46,329 nucleotides of DNA from Folioceros fuciformis (Eukaryota): positions 62,001 to 108,329 of the forward strand of contig JBNGIO010004611.1 in assembly GCA_049999805.1 (NCBI GenBank), written 5' to 3'. The notes under the pieces were generated by a model that made no database searches, was not told the origin of the DNA, and saw nothing but the letters and a program-made list of their open reading frames with translations. The stretch's first letter is position 1, and every line of letters starts with the position of its first letter. The translations under genes were made by a program, and so were the position numbers. Shown here one piece after another: positions 1 to 11,400 of this stretch.

Positions 1-242
1 GGAAGAGTACGAGATTCTGGACTGTTGCACCGTTCCTAATGGAAAGGAAAGCGTTGCTGCAACACACTATGAGGTCCTTGGGTTTAGGGCTTCCGTAAGT
101 TTGCGGGGAACGTAGAGCTTGGTGTGCAAGTTGAAGAGCAATTGGAACCCTAAGCTTGGAGGCTGGCAGGCGTGGAGCGGAGAGGAATGAGGTAGCGAAG
201 CTGATGATGAGCAAGCTGCATTGCAACATCTAATTGCACTAG

Positions 243-503
243 CTGATGAAGGTCAGGCTTCGTTAGGGCATCTAACTGCGCTGGCTGATGAAGGACAAGT
301 TCAGCAGGTCATCCCTAGGCACAATCCAGGAGACGCTTTTGCATCTGCAGGACAAGCTTCATCGGGGCATGGTGCTGATGAAGGAAAGCTTCATCAGTCT
401 TGGCATGGAAGATGGTGAAGGAAAAGCTTCATCAGGGCAGAAAAGCTGATGAAGGAAAAGCTTCATCAGGCATCAAAACGAATGAAGGAAAAGCTTCATC
501 AAA
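243..503. repeat. Array of about 7 imperfect short palindromes (TGATGAAG-N3-5-CTTCATCA)
   Basis: Units such as tgatgaaggaaagcttcatca (~376), tgatgaaggaaaagcttcatca (~447) and atgaaggaaaagcttcat (~482), plus more degenerate copies at ~244, ~286, ~346 and ~414. Confidence 0.8.
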
Positions 504-552
504 AATTTAACTGCACCGGCTATCTGAGCCCATGGTTGAACACCCGGTTTAG

Positions 553-682
553 ATTGGCCTCCGCCTCTTAAGCGGCCATCGAAACCTGTACTTCCTTTTC
601 CCCCATTTCGTCACTGTTCATATTGGCCTCCGCCTCTTAAGCGGCCATTGAAACGTGTACTTCCTTGTCCCCATTTCGTCAC
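553..682. repeat. Direct repeat of about 62 bp, 2 copies
   Basis: attggcctccgcctcttaagcggccat..gaaac..tgtacttcctt..ccccatttcgtcac at 553-614 and 622-682. Confidence 0.9.
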
Positions 683-750
683 AAGGGAAGACCTCACAAG
701 ACAACTCTAGTGAAACAAGACAACTCTAGTGAAGGATCAAAGGAGAAAGC

Positions 751-1039
751 TGAAGGACCGCTAGAGGAGCTGCATGGTGAAGGAAGGAGAGGAGGAGGCA
801 AGGAGGAGAGGAGAAAGAGAGGTCACACTCTCAGTGTCTCACTATGAAAGGGAGCTCAAGGGGGTATTTATACCCTCTAGTAGAGTTCCCTAGAAAGCTT
901 CACAAGAAGTGCACAGGATGCTGCGCAAGAAGCTTCCTACATATTAGCTTAAGCTAATATAAACAAATGGTACTTAACTAGACACTAATCTTAGACTAAA
1001 CACATTAGTCTAAGCTCATTGGGCTGTATTAACCCTACA
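751..1039 (-). repeat. 3' LTR of the inner Copia
   Basis: 289 bp, aligns without gaps to 5204-5492 (23 mismatches by manual count). TATA-like TATAAATA on the minus strand at ~865-872. Confidence 0.95.
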
Positions 1040-1051
1040 ACCTCCCACTTA
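1040..1051 (-). other. Polypurine tract of the inner Copia
   Basis: Minus strand reads AAGTGGGAGGT immediately before the LTR start TGTAGGG. Confidence 0.85.
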
Positions 1052-1086
1052 AAGGCCAATTTACTTTCATAGGAGAGTGGTCTACC

Positions 1087-4000
1087 TCATGCCATGAGTG
1101 TCCGAGCTTGTGCGAATTGCTCCGTAGAGAGCCCCTTGGTAAGAACATCTGCAGGGTTCTGACAAGTGTGAACTTTGACAAGCTGTACCCTCTTGTCTTC
1201 CAACACCTCTCGAATGAAGTGATACCTCACTTCCATATCTTTGGTCTTTGCATGAAACACAGGATTCTTCGCCAATTGAATAGCACTCTGGCTATCACAA
1301 TGCAACACTGGCAGCTCAACCTTGATCCCCAAATCTCCCACTAAACGAGCAAGCCACATGGCTTCCTTGCAAGCCTCAGTCGCTGCAACATACTCAGCCT
1401 CGGTGGTAGATAGCGTTATGCACGATTGCAAACGAGATCGCCATGAGACTACCCTTTCAGTGCACATGAAGACATAACCTGATGTGGACCTCCTTTTGTC
1501 CATATACCCTGCATAATCAACATCCGTATATCCCACAACAGATGCATCTTCACTACCAAAACATAAGCACAATGCTTTTGCACCATTCAAGTACCTCATA
1601 ACTCCTTTCACTACCTCCTAATGCTTCCTGCCAGGGTTTGACATAAACCAGCTAACCACTCCCACTGCAAAAGCAATGTCAAGACGTGTAGTAATCATTG
1701 CATACATCAAACTCCCTACAGCTGATAAGTATGGAACTTTCTCCGTTTCAGCTTTGTCTTCCGTAGAGCTTGGGCAATCCTTGCTCGACAGTTTCACATA
1801 TGGAGGCAACGGTGTACTCAATACCTTCCCGTTCTCCATGTTGAAACGTTGAAGCACCTTGTTAATGTATTCAGTCTGAGGTAAGTAAAGTAAACGCTTC
1901 TGTCTGTCTCGACCGAATACGCATGCCAAGAATATGGCTTGCCTCTCCCAAGTCTATCATGTCAAAGCGAGCATTCAACTTTGACTTTAACGCTGAAATC
2001 TCATCACTGTTAGTCCCAGCAATTAGCATATCATCCTTATATAGGACTAGAATGAGCAAGCTTGCATCCTTAGCTTGCTTCTTATAGAGGCAATGATCCT
2101 CATCGCTACGCTTGTAGCCTTGAGAAAGCATAAATGAGTGGAACTTGTAATACCACTTCATGGGTGCCTGCTTCAAACCATAAAGGCTCTTCTTTAATCT
2201 ACACACCATATTCTCTTTGCCTGTCTCAATGAAACCCTCTGGTTGGTGCATGAATACCTCTTCCTAGAGATCACCATGCAGAAATGCCGACTTCACATCC
2301 ATGTAGACAAGTTTCATGTCGTTCCTCGCAACCAGAGCAAGAACATATCGCAATGTGGTCATTTTGACAACTGGCGAGAAAATCTCATCAAAGTAAATAC
2401 CTTGCTGTTGCTTAAAACCCTTAGCAACCAATCGTGCCTTATACTTGGGTTTGCCATAATGGGGTATGTCCTTCATCTTATATACTCATTTGCATGGCAA
2501 CGCCTTCTTGCCCCTAGGCAACCGAACCAACTCCCAAGTTTGGTTCTAATGGAGCGAATCCATCTCCGACTGCATCATCTTCCCCCACTTGTCCTTGTCA
2601 GTCACTGACATGGCTTCTTGATAACAAGAGGGCTCCCCACAATCCGTCAACATGACATAATCAAGAGATGCAACATACCTATCAGGAGGACGTGAAATCC
2701 TTCCTGACCTATGAAGCACTGGTGCCTCGACTAGAGCTGGTTGCCTTGGGAGCCAACTTGTCCCGAAACTCCTTTGGAACATGGTAGTATGCCTCGCAGC
2801 CAAACACTCGTAGATGCTTGTATGACAGCTTCTTTCCAGACCACATCTCCTCTGGAACCTGTTCATCCACAGCCCTAGTAGGAGATCTGTTAATAAGTTG
2901 CAGCGCAATAAGCAGTGCAACAAGCACTGTAATAAGCATTGCAATAAGCACTGCTTCTGTCCAAAATCCGTTGGGCAACCCAAAGTTTGACAACAAACTA
3001 CGCATCCTCTCTTGGATGGTCATGTTCATCCGTTCACACCATTCTAGGGAGGAGTATATAGGGTAGTCAATTCTCTTTTGATTCCCTTGGAATCACCGAA
3101 TGACTGGAAAGCCTTCGAAACATACTCTCCCCCATTGTCTGTCCTTAGACACTTCAATTGGAGGCTAGATTGATTCTCCACAAGGGTGACAAATTTCTGA
3201 AACATTGTTTGAAGATCATCCTCTTTCCTCAAAGGATAAACCCACACCTTGCGTGAGAAGTCATCAATGAAAGTGACAAAATAAGATGCACTGCCTAATG
3301 ATACAGTGGGCATAGGTCCACAAACGTCACTGTGAACCAACTCAAGAGGTTTACTTTTGTGTTTACCTCTTGCTCCATGTGGTGACTTTGTTTTTTTCCC
3401 ATACAAACAGTGCTCACATACGGAGAAATCGGAGAAGTCAAAAGAAGGGACGTAACCAAAATGAGATAAGATCTTCATTCCTTTGTAAGACATATGTCTT
3501 AAGCGACAATGCCACAAGGAAACACTTGGTTGTTCCGTTACACAAATCACATGATCCTTGATAGTGGTCACCTGAAGTGAGTACAAAGTGCCACACTTCG
3601 ATCCACGAGCTAACACAAGAGAACCTTTGGAGATCTTCTAAGAACGATCTCCAAACCAACAGTGGTAGCCAGCGTCATCCAACTGCCTTGCGCTAATCAT
3701 GCTTTTGGTCAACTTCGGAACATGCCTAACATCCTTCAGTACAAATGAAGATCAGTTGTCGAACTTCAGCTGCACATCACCAACGCCTGCAATCTCGCAT
3801 GCGTAGTTATTTCGAAGCCGAACACATCCTTTCCTAGTAGCATCATATGTGCTAAACCACTCCCTATGCGGAGTAACATGGAAAGATGCTGTAGAGTCAA
3901 TTATCCAATTAGAGAATAAGTGACTCTCCACGGCTGTCAGTTGTGCAGAATCGAAGGAAGAAGAGATAAGAACATCTGCATCATCAACAGAGTTCACCTC

Positions 4001-4811
4001 GTTACGCTTAACACTCGGACTTGCCTTGTTGTCGCTCTGCTTCTTCTCCTTTCCTTTGTCCTTCTTGAACTTCTCGCAGTCCCTTCTGATGTCACCCTTC
4101 TTATTACAATGTTAACACTCCACATTGTTAAGACTACGAGATTTACCATGGGAAAGACTTCGCTCCTTGTACTTCCCCTTTGAAGTGGACCTTCCTCTCA
4201 CCATGAGGGGTGTGGAACCTTTCGAAGGTTTCATATTCTTTCTGTTCACCTCCTCTGTTAATAGGCTATCTTCTACATTTACAACGGTAAGACCACTGGC
4301 AGGAGCGGAATTACTCAGAGCTGTACGAAAAGTGTCCCAACTCTCTGGTAATGTGACCAACAGAAACATAGCTCTCACGGAATCTGGGAACGAGATACCT
4401 TGAGATGAGAGTTGACTGAAAATGGTATTGAACTCGTTCAGATGATCGGACATCCTTGTCCCTTGCTTCATCTTCAAGTCCACCACCTGTTTCAACCAGT
4501 ACAATCTGAGAAGCCGCACTTTGCTTCTCGTACAGGTCACACAACTTCTGCCATAGCTCGTAACTTGTGGTCTTGTGTTTCACATTGAAGTAGACCGACT
4601 TCGACAATGTTAGCATGATGGTAGACCTAGCAAGCTCATTTAGATCCTGCCACTCATCCTGAGTCATGCTAACAGGTTTCACTCCTAGCAGCTTGATGGG
4701 CTTGATCTGCTTCTTCTATACTAGAACATTATACACTTGTTCTTTCCAGAACGGGAAGTTAGTACCATCTAACTTCTCGATATTGAACATGACGTTTTCT
4801 GAGGACGTCAT
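1087..4811 (-). pseudogene. Copia gag-pol polyprotein broken by stops and frameshifts
   Basis: gag N-terminus (FNIEKLDGTNFPFW), protease (WIIDSTASFH), integrase (LVHSDVCGP, LRTDNGGEY), RT (KARLVAKGF, YKDDML instead of YVDDML), RNase H (YTDVDYAG, STTEAEY, CDSQSAI, NPADVLTK), split over many ORFs. Confidence 0.95.
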
Positions 4812-5189
4812 GATTCAAAAATCGATGCAAATCAAGCAAAAGGCTAGTTAGAAAACGGTCGAAATGTAATGTAGATTTTGTTATCCTCAATCTCGTTTCG
4901 AATCGGCTGTCCACAAGCCGCCTCGATAGACCTAAATTTTCCGATCAAAATCTGGCCGCCTCGTGGTTGGGATCTCGGCTGGTACGCGCCTTTGCTCTCG
5001 GTGTCGGTGTTTCGACACCCAGTGTCTGCAACGTCCGTGTCCAGCTACGCCCTGATTTTTGGCATGGCCCGCACCCGGCGATCTAGAGGGCCTGTGCTTG
5101 GCTAGCGTGCCCGGCTATGCCCACGCCTTGCTGGCGTGCCCGGGTGGCACCCGGGTGGCCTGGTGCTCTAGCCACCGCCCGGCGGCCTG

Positions 5190-5201
5190 GCTCTGATACC
5201 A
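5190..5201 (-). other. Primer-binding site (tRNA-iMet)
   Basis: Plus strand gctctgatacca = minus strand TGGTATCAGAGC, 2 nt from the LTR end. Confidence 0.95.
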
Positions 5202-5203
5202 GG

Positions 5204-5492
5204 TGAAGGATCCCTAGAGGAGCCGCATGGTGAAGGAAGGAGAGGAGGAGGTAAGGAGGAGAGGAGAAAGAGAGGTCACACTCTTAGTGTCTCGCTATGA
5301 AAGGGAGCTCAAGGGGGTATTTATACCCTCTAGAAGAGCTCCCTAGGAAGCTTCACAAGAAGCGCACAAGAAGCTGCGCAAGATGCTTCCTATAGATATG
5401 CTTAAGCTAATCTAAACTAATGGTACTTAACTAGATACTAATCTTAGACTAAACACATTAGTCTAAGCACATTGGTCTTTATTAACCCTACA
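5204..5492 (-). repeat. 5' LTR of the inner Copia
   Basis: 289-bp copy of 751-1039, adjacent to the PBS. Confidence 0.95.
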
Positions 5493-5497
5493 AAAGC

Positions 5498-7435
5498 TAC
5501 AAAGAAAAAGACGTGGGGTACTTGCCATTACTGTAAGAAACCTAACTACTATGCAAAAGATTGTAGGACAAGATTGGCTGACTTGAAGAAGGGAAGACAA
5601 TCACAAGCCAAATGAAGTGAGTGAGTGGTAAGAACTTCTTTTTGCTACTTCAACGATAGAGCAAGTGCAAGAGCGCTCATCAAAGAAGGATGAGAGTCTG
5701 TACCTAGACTCTCGAGCATCTCAACACTTCACCTACAACCGACCTTGGATCTCAAACAACAAAGAAATGCCGACAGGGCATAAGGTGGCGCTTGGAGACA
5801 ATTGATCACACGAGATCAAAGGGAAAGGCATGATGAAGGTAAACCTACATGGAGGAGTATCCAAAGGTACTATTAAGGATGTAAACTATGTACCTAGTCT
5901 TGCGAAGAATCTTCTTTCAGTAGCAAGAATCACTGACCCACGAAATGAGATTGTGTTCAATTTGAAAGGATGCCGCATCCAACCTGAACAACCCAAATCA
6001 CCTATTGTCAAGGTGATAGCTTGAAGTGTTTGAGAAGGCAATCTCTACAAGTTGTGTGCTTCTGTAGGAGATGAAGAAGCTTACACAATTGTGTCAAGCT
6101 TGGTTCAAAGCATAGGGTCAATTGATCTGTGGCATCAACGCTTAGGATACACCGGAGTGGACAACATCAAGTTGATGAAGAGTCATCAAATGGTGAAAGA
6201 CTTGGATTTGAAGGAGGATGGAGAGGCACAATTATGCCAAGGGTGCATAATGGGAAAACTTCATCGAACAAAGTTTCCCAAGATTGGTGCACATTGAGCA
6301 ACAAAGGCGTTGGAGCTTGTACACGCCGATGTGTGCGAACCAATGAAGAATCCTACCCATGGTGGAGCGTGCTACATTCTAGTCTTCGTAGATGTTTTCA
6401 CAAGGAGGAGTTCGACGTATCTCTTGAAGGAGAAATCTGAGGTGTTCAACACATTCAAGATGTGGAAGGCCTTGGTGGAAAACGAGAGAAGAGAATGCTT
6501 GAAGACTCTGAGAAGTGACAATGGAGGGGAGTACATCTCTTCTCAATTCAAAGCTTTTGCAAGGAGTGTGGCATTCGGAGACAACTCACAATTCCTCACA
6601 CAACGGAGCAAAATGGAGTAGCGGAGCGCAAGCTAAGAAGCCTAGTGGAAGCGGCAAAATGCATGCTCCATCAAAGTGGGCTAGAGGTACATTTTTTGGG
6701 AGAGGCTGCTGTTACAGCAACTTACATTTTGAACAGAGTTCCAACTAAGGCTGTGCTTGGAAGGACTCAAAGGAGGCATGGTATGGTATCAAACCAAATG
6801 TAAGTCATTTTAAGATTTTTGGTTCTATGGTTTATGCTCATGTTTTGAAGCAGAACCGAACCAAGTGGGATCCTAAAGGCACTCAATGCATCATGCTTGG
6901 GTACTCCGATGAGGTAAAAAGGTATAGGTTGTATAACGCTTCTACCAAGAAGGTCATCTTCAGTAGAGATGTTGTTTTTCGTGAAGTTGTGGAACCTAAC
7001 AAAATAGTGGGAGCAACTCAAGTTGTTGTCGAGGAGTTGAGGCAACTAGATGAAGTCCCTCACGACTTGGTTCCTGAACAACATACTTTGGAGCAAATTC
7101 AACCTACTCCGGAGGGTAAGCAACCTCGGCATCAAGACGACAGAGGAGGTGAAGAAACTTGAAGCATCGAAGATGATGAAGAGGAGTAAGATCGAAGAAT
7201 GCAAGAGGAACCATCAATCCAACTTAGAAGATCAACCAGGCAATGGAAACCTTTGCACAAGATCTTGGAGTTCATAACTGCGTGTAAGTATGAAGTGGCT
7301 TTGTTTGCAGAGGCCGATGAGCTACAAACATCAAAGAAACCGTTGGAAGGACCAAAGGCGAAGGAGTGGAAACAAGCTTTGGATAATGAGTATAACTAAC
7401 TCATCAAGAACAAGATGCTTGGGTTGAAGGACTAA
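5498..7435 (+). pseudogene. Host Copia gag-end/PR/INT remnant with RT-RNaseH almost entirely deleted
   Basis: Multiple stops and frameshifts. Jumps from the RT start (EYN*LIKNK) to a short ...MLGLKD* end and then the PPT. Confidence 0.85.
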
Positions 7436-7456
7436 TTTTGATTTGTTGAGTGGGAG

Positions 7457-7825
7457 TGTTAGAAGTGGTTTATTACAAGATATCAAAATTAGTTAATGAA
7501 GAGTACCCTAAACTAGTCTTTTTTGAAGTTGCCCTAAAAATGAGTTTTCTAGATAAGGACTAGGAAGCATCTTCTAAATAAAGACAAAGGATCCTCTTCT
7601 TCAAGGGGCAAGCCAAAGTCAAGCGAACAAGGGAAGGGGCAAGTTGAGGATCAATTGCATGGAAGGCCTAGGAGCTTGTAAAGGCCTAGCCTACCCAAGG
7701 GTAGTGCATACTTATGTATAGGCTAGTGTGCCATCTTGTTGTACAAGTGTGCCATATTGTGTGGGAACATTGTATTACCTCTTTATAAAGGCCTAGATCC
7801 TTTGTTTCTTACCAAGGGAAGCTGG
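7457..7825 (+). repeat. 5' (U3-like) part of the host Copia 3' LTR
   Basis: Starts TGTTAGAA right after the PPT; TATAAA at ~7785. The right boundary is uncertain. Confidence 0.7.
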
Positions 7826-7887
7826 GAGTGCTGGGTGTCAACTTTGCTTTCTCATGCTCTCTCGTCCTCTGTCTCCACTAAGGCTTC

Positions 7888-8199
7888 CATGGCCACACAA
7901 TTGACTCAAGTATCGAGACGTGATGGAGCCCATGGCCCATGGCCACACAATTGACTAAACACATTTGACTCAAGACAATTTACTCAAGTCTCCAGACGGG
8001 ATGGAGCCCATGGCCCATGGCCACACAATTGACTAAACACAATTGACTCAAGACAATTTACTCAAGTCTCCTGACGTGATGGAGCCCATTGCCACACAAT
8101 TGACTCAAGACAATTTACTCAAGTGTCCCGACGTGGTGGAGCCCATGCCCTCACAATTGACTCAAGACAATTTACTCAAGTCTCCAGACGTGATGGAGC
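7888..8199. repeat. Minisatellite, about 5 units of roughly 50-78 bp
   Basis: Core cacaattgactcaagacaatttactcaagtctccagacgtgatggagcccat repeated with internal sub-duplications; followed by a ~40-bp duplication (aaatagctttggtctcc...gaaaagca) at ~8210 and ~8269. Confidence 0.9.
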
Positions 8200-8450
8200 A
8201 GGAAAGTCGAAATAGCTTTGGTCTCCGGATGCGAAGGAACGAAAAGCATTGATGGAGTAGAAAAGGAGAAATAGCTTTGGTCTCCATATGCGTAGGAATG
8301 AAAAGCACATGTGTTCGTTCATGTTCAGGTCAGCAGGATTCCCATCAGGCTTACGCGTCTAGACGCGTACACACAAAACGGACCTGTGCGTACTGTACAT
8401 ACGTGGGTACACGTTTATCCCGCCAGGAGTCTGGAAAGGGATGAGAGCTA

Positions 8451-11400
8451 ATGGCGGAGCCTGACGAGCGTCCTGTGCTGGAACGAGAACCCGAGCTCGA
8501 GCCCGATGGTGAGGCGGCGCAGGCCGGATATGATGTCGTTGTGGTGGGAAGCGGGTATGGCGCGAGCGTGGCCGCCTGCCGCCTCGCCCTCGCGAAAGCA
8601 GGGTTCCGGATCTGCATTCTGGAAAAGGGGCGGAGGTGGGATTTCCAGCGCTCGCCGTTTCCCACCACGTTTTGGGGGTTGCTGCGGAACTTGCGCGTGC
8701 AAACTCCTTTGGGAAGCTGGGGCAAGTCCAGCGCCCTTTATCAGGTGGGGGCACAAAAAATCATGCTCCTGGAACGAGTGAAGGATGATCTGAGTACGAG
8801 TGTGTGACTGTGAGCGAGCTCCGAGAGACGTTAGCTCTATTTTTGTGTGCTGCGCCTGCAGTTGTATTTTCAGAGGCGTGCTTGCACTTTGGTGGGAGCG
8901 GGCCTGGGAGGAGGGTCGCTGGTGAACGCGGGCCTGTTGCTGGCCACGCCCAAGCACACCCGGGGACACCGCGACTGGCCCAAAGAGTGGGAGCAGGAAT
9001 GGGAGCGCAGCCAGGGGCGGGCCATGGCCATGCTGCAGCCCGAGCCCGTGCCCAGCGCCTTCCCCATGTCGCAGGTGATGGACGCCATCGCCCGCGACAT
9101 CGACATGGAGGACCTGGTGGTGAGGGACAGGCTTCAAGGCAGCTTCCGTTTCCAGTCGGGCTCCGGGGCGAACGCCGCCGGAGTCACGCTCGATCCCTGC
9201 CTCGCCTGCGGCAACTGCGTCACCGGTTGCAACTACAACGCCAAAAACTCCCTGGATAAGAATTATCTGGCACTCGCAATCCAGGTCTGTGCTCACCTTG
9301 GGGACAACGTGTGCACCATCTCCTCACAGTTTGCCGCGGTTCGTGCGAAGTACAACGTAGGCCTGGGGTCGTCATCAACTAGTTGTGTGTGTGCACCACA
9401 GGAAGGAGCTCATGTGCGGACCGAATGCGAGGTGCTCTACGTGCTTCCCAACATGTCTGCCCGAACCGACGAGCATCGCAGCCCGAGGCGGTGGAGGGTC
9501 TACGTGAACGAGGTGGACTACATCGAGGCCGACTTCGTTGTTCTCGCAGCTGGGACCTTTGGAAGCACGCAGATCCTTCTCAGGTCCAGGGAGAGGGGCC
9601 TGGCACTTTCCAGCAGGCTGGGCATGGGCGTGAGCTGCAACGGGAGCCATGTGGGGATTGTTGTTGGGACCAAGGCAAACACCATGGCCTCCGCTCTCAC
9701 CAGGGAGAAATTCTTCAACATCCCGCTGGCCCGCCGCACGGGGCCGTCCATTTCTGCCTCCTACTCGTCTCGCATTCTACAGTTCGTCCTTCAGGTACAT
9801 GGACTCCGCTGTTCAGCTTTCCTACGCTCCAATTCCAACTGCAGCCACTCACAGGAACAATTTTTGGGCTGCGCGCTCGCAGGGTGGTGCCATCCCCACC
9901 GCATATCCCCATGTCCTACTCAAGGGTGTATTTTCCCACAGGGTGTTCCCGCCGGGACCGGGTCGGGGGTTCTCGTACGGACTGTGGAGCTGGGTGAAAG
10001 GAATGGCAGGAGTCGGGGACGGTCAGGCCATTCTGCTGAACGTCATGGGCGCCGATGACGCCAATGGCCGAATCGACGTGCAGGAGAGCGGCGACAAGGG
10101 CCCGGGCAGACTCCGCTTCTTCCCGCCTCACGATGCCATGCTTTCCAGCAAGATCAAGGCGTGCCAGAGGTTGGCGATGCGGCTCGGCGGCGTGCTCTTC
10201 ATGTCCTGCTTCCATTCCACGTCCGTGCATCCGCTCGGGGGGTGCAATGTGGGGGAGACTTCTTCTCGGGGAGTGGCCAATACCCGGGGCCAGGTGTTCG
10301 TGCAATTCTGTGAACGAGAGGAAGGGCAAGGAACTGCCACACATCCCGGTCTCTACGTGTGCGATGGCTCGCTCATTCCCTGTTCTGTGGGCGTGAACCC
10401 GACCGGAACCATCACAACGGCGGCTGAGATTGTGGCGTCGCATCTGGTGGACGATGCTGTGCGCTACCTCGCCTGCGTGGTCAAGCCTCAGCGGATGCAG
10501 GCTTCAGAGTTAGGTGGTGTCAGTCGGGAAGGGAAGGAGAAGAGCCGATTCCTGGCCGCCGATGACATCCATCACACGGCTTCGGTGGCTGGCACTGCTG
10601 TGGTCGTGAAGGAGACTCTCAAGGGGAACCTTGATGGCCTTCCCTGTACTCTGCACCTCGTCATGCACATGTCCCACGACTGCCTGCTGCGAGGACTGGT
10701 GGGAGGCTACCTGCGCCTCAAGTATGTGGATTCCACACTGCTTCACATTGTGGATGGCTGTGTGGACATGTGCTTCGTTGATGAACGGACTCCTTACACG
10801 CAGTACATGCATTACCATCTGCTTCTCACCTCATCCACCGGGGCACGGTAAGCCATCAGGCTTTCTTGCGTGAATCCTTAATCCTTGCTCATGCTTGATT
10901 GCCACCATCCATGAAGTCGCTACCAGTAATGCTGTCTATACACGTGGAACAGGTTCAGGCTGGAGGGGAAGAAGGTGATGCATCCTTTTCTGCTAGCTGC
11001 GTGTGCTTGGCAAGAAGCCACCACACTCCACATGACATTACAGCAGCTCACCTCGCCTCACAGGTCCCACGCCACAGATGCATTCAAGTCGTCGGCTACA
11101 ACCGACAGCGAGAAGAAGCTCGAGCGGGCGAATATGGTGCATTTGGAGGGTCAGCTTCATGTATCCGTACTGGCGCTGCTGAGATCCCTCGTCACTCTGC
11201 GAGGGAGAGCAAGGTTCTGCTTCGTTCGAACTCTGGTAAGCAGCTTGGTGCACACATACTTCGTGCGGACTGCTCGCCTCCCAACATCCATACCGGCAGT
11301 CACGTCCACGCAGCCAGCCATGCTCCCCAACCCCGCGTGCAAACACCACAATATCACCACCGCCGACGGCCAGACCATCAGCATGCTGCAATGGCCAGTG

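Larger units (their letters stand above)
1..683 (-). mobile_element. Probable LTR fragment of a third retrotransposon, running off the window edge
   Basis: Non-coding and repeat-rich. Ends in ...CATTTCGTCACA at 683 (minus strand starts TGTGACGAAATGG, an LTR-like TG terminus), where gag-like sequence of the host Copia begins. The partner LTR is not in the window. Confidence 0.4.
751..5492 (-). mobile_element. Structurally complete but decayed Ty1/Copia LTR retrotransposon
   Basis: Two 289-bp TG...CA LTRs; 5-bp TSD AAAGC (746-750 and 5493-5497); tRNA-iMet PBS; PPT; gag-PR-INT-RT-RNaseH order on the minus strand. Confidence 0.97.
684..7825 (+). mobile_element. Older degenerate Ty1/Copia element (host of the 751-5492 insertion); 5' part outside the window or interrupted
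   Basis: gag-like sequence continues across the AAAGC TSD into a degenerate zinc knuckle (CHYCKKPNYYAKDC, ~5523), protease (YLDSRASQH, ~5700), GAG-pre-integrase (LWHQRLGY), integrase (LRSDNGGEY) and RT start (WKQALDNEY). PPT gagtgggag at 7448-7456; LTR starts TGTTAGAA at 7457. Confidence 0.85.

Noticed and set aside
243-503. CRISPR-like palindromic array
   Set aside because: Eukaryotic TE context, degenerate repeats, linkers short and related to each other, no cas genes.
8043-8252. 69-aa repetitive ORF
   Set aside because: Explained by the 57-bp minisatellite; starts at TTG; no other support.
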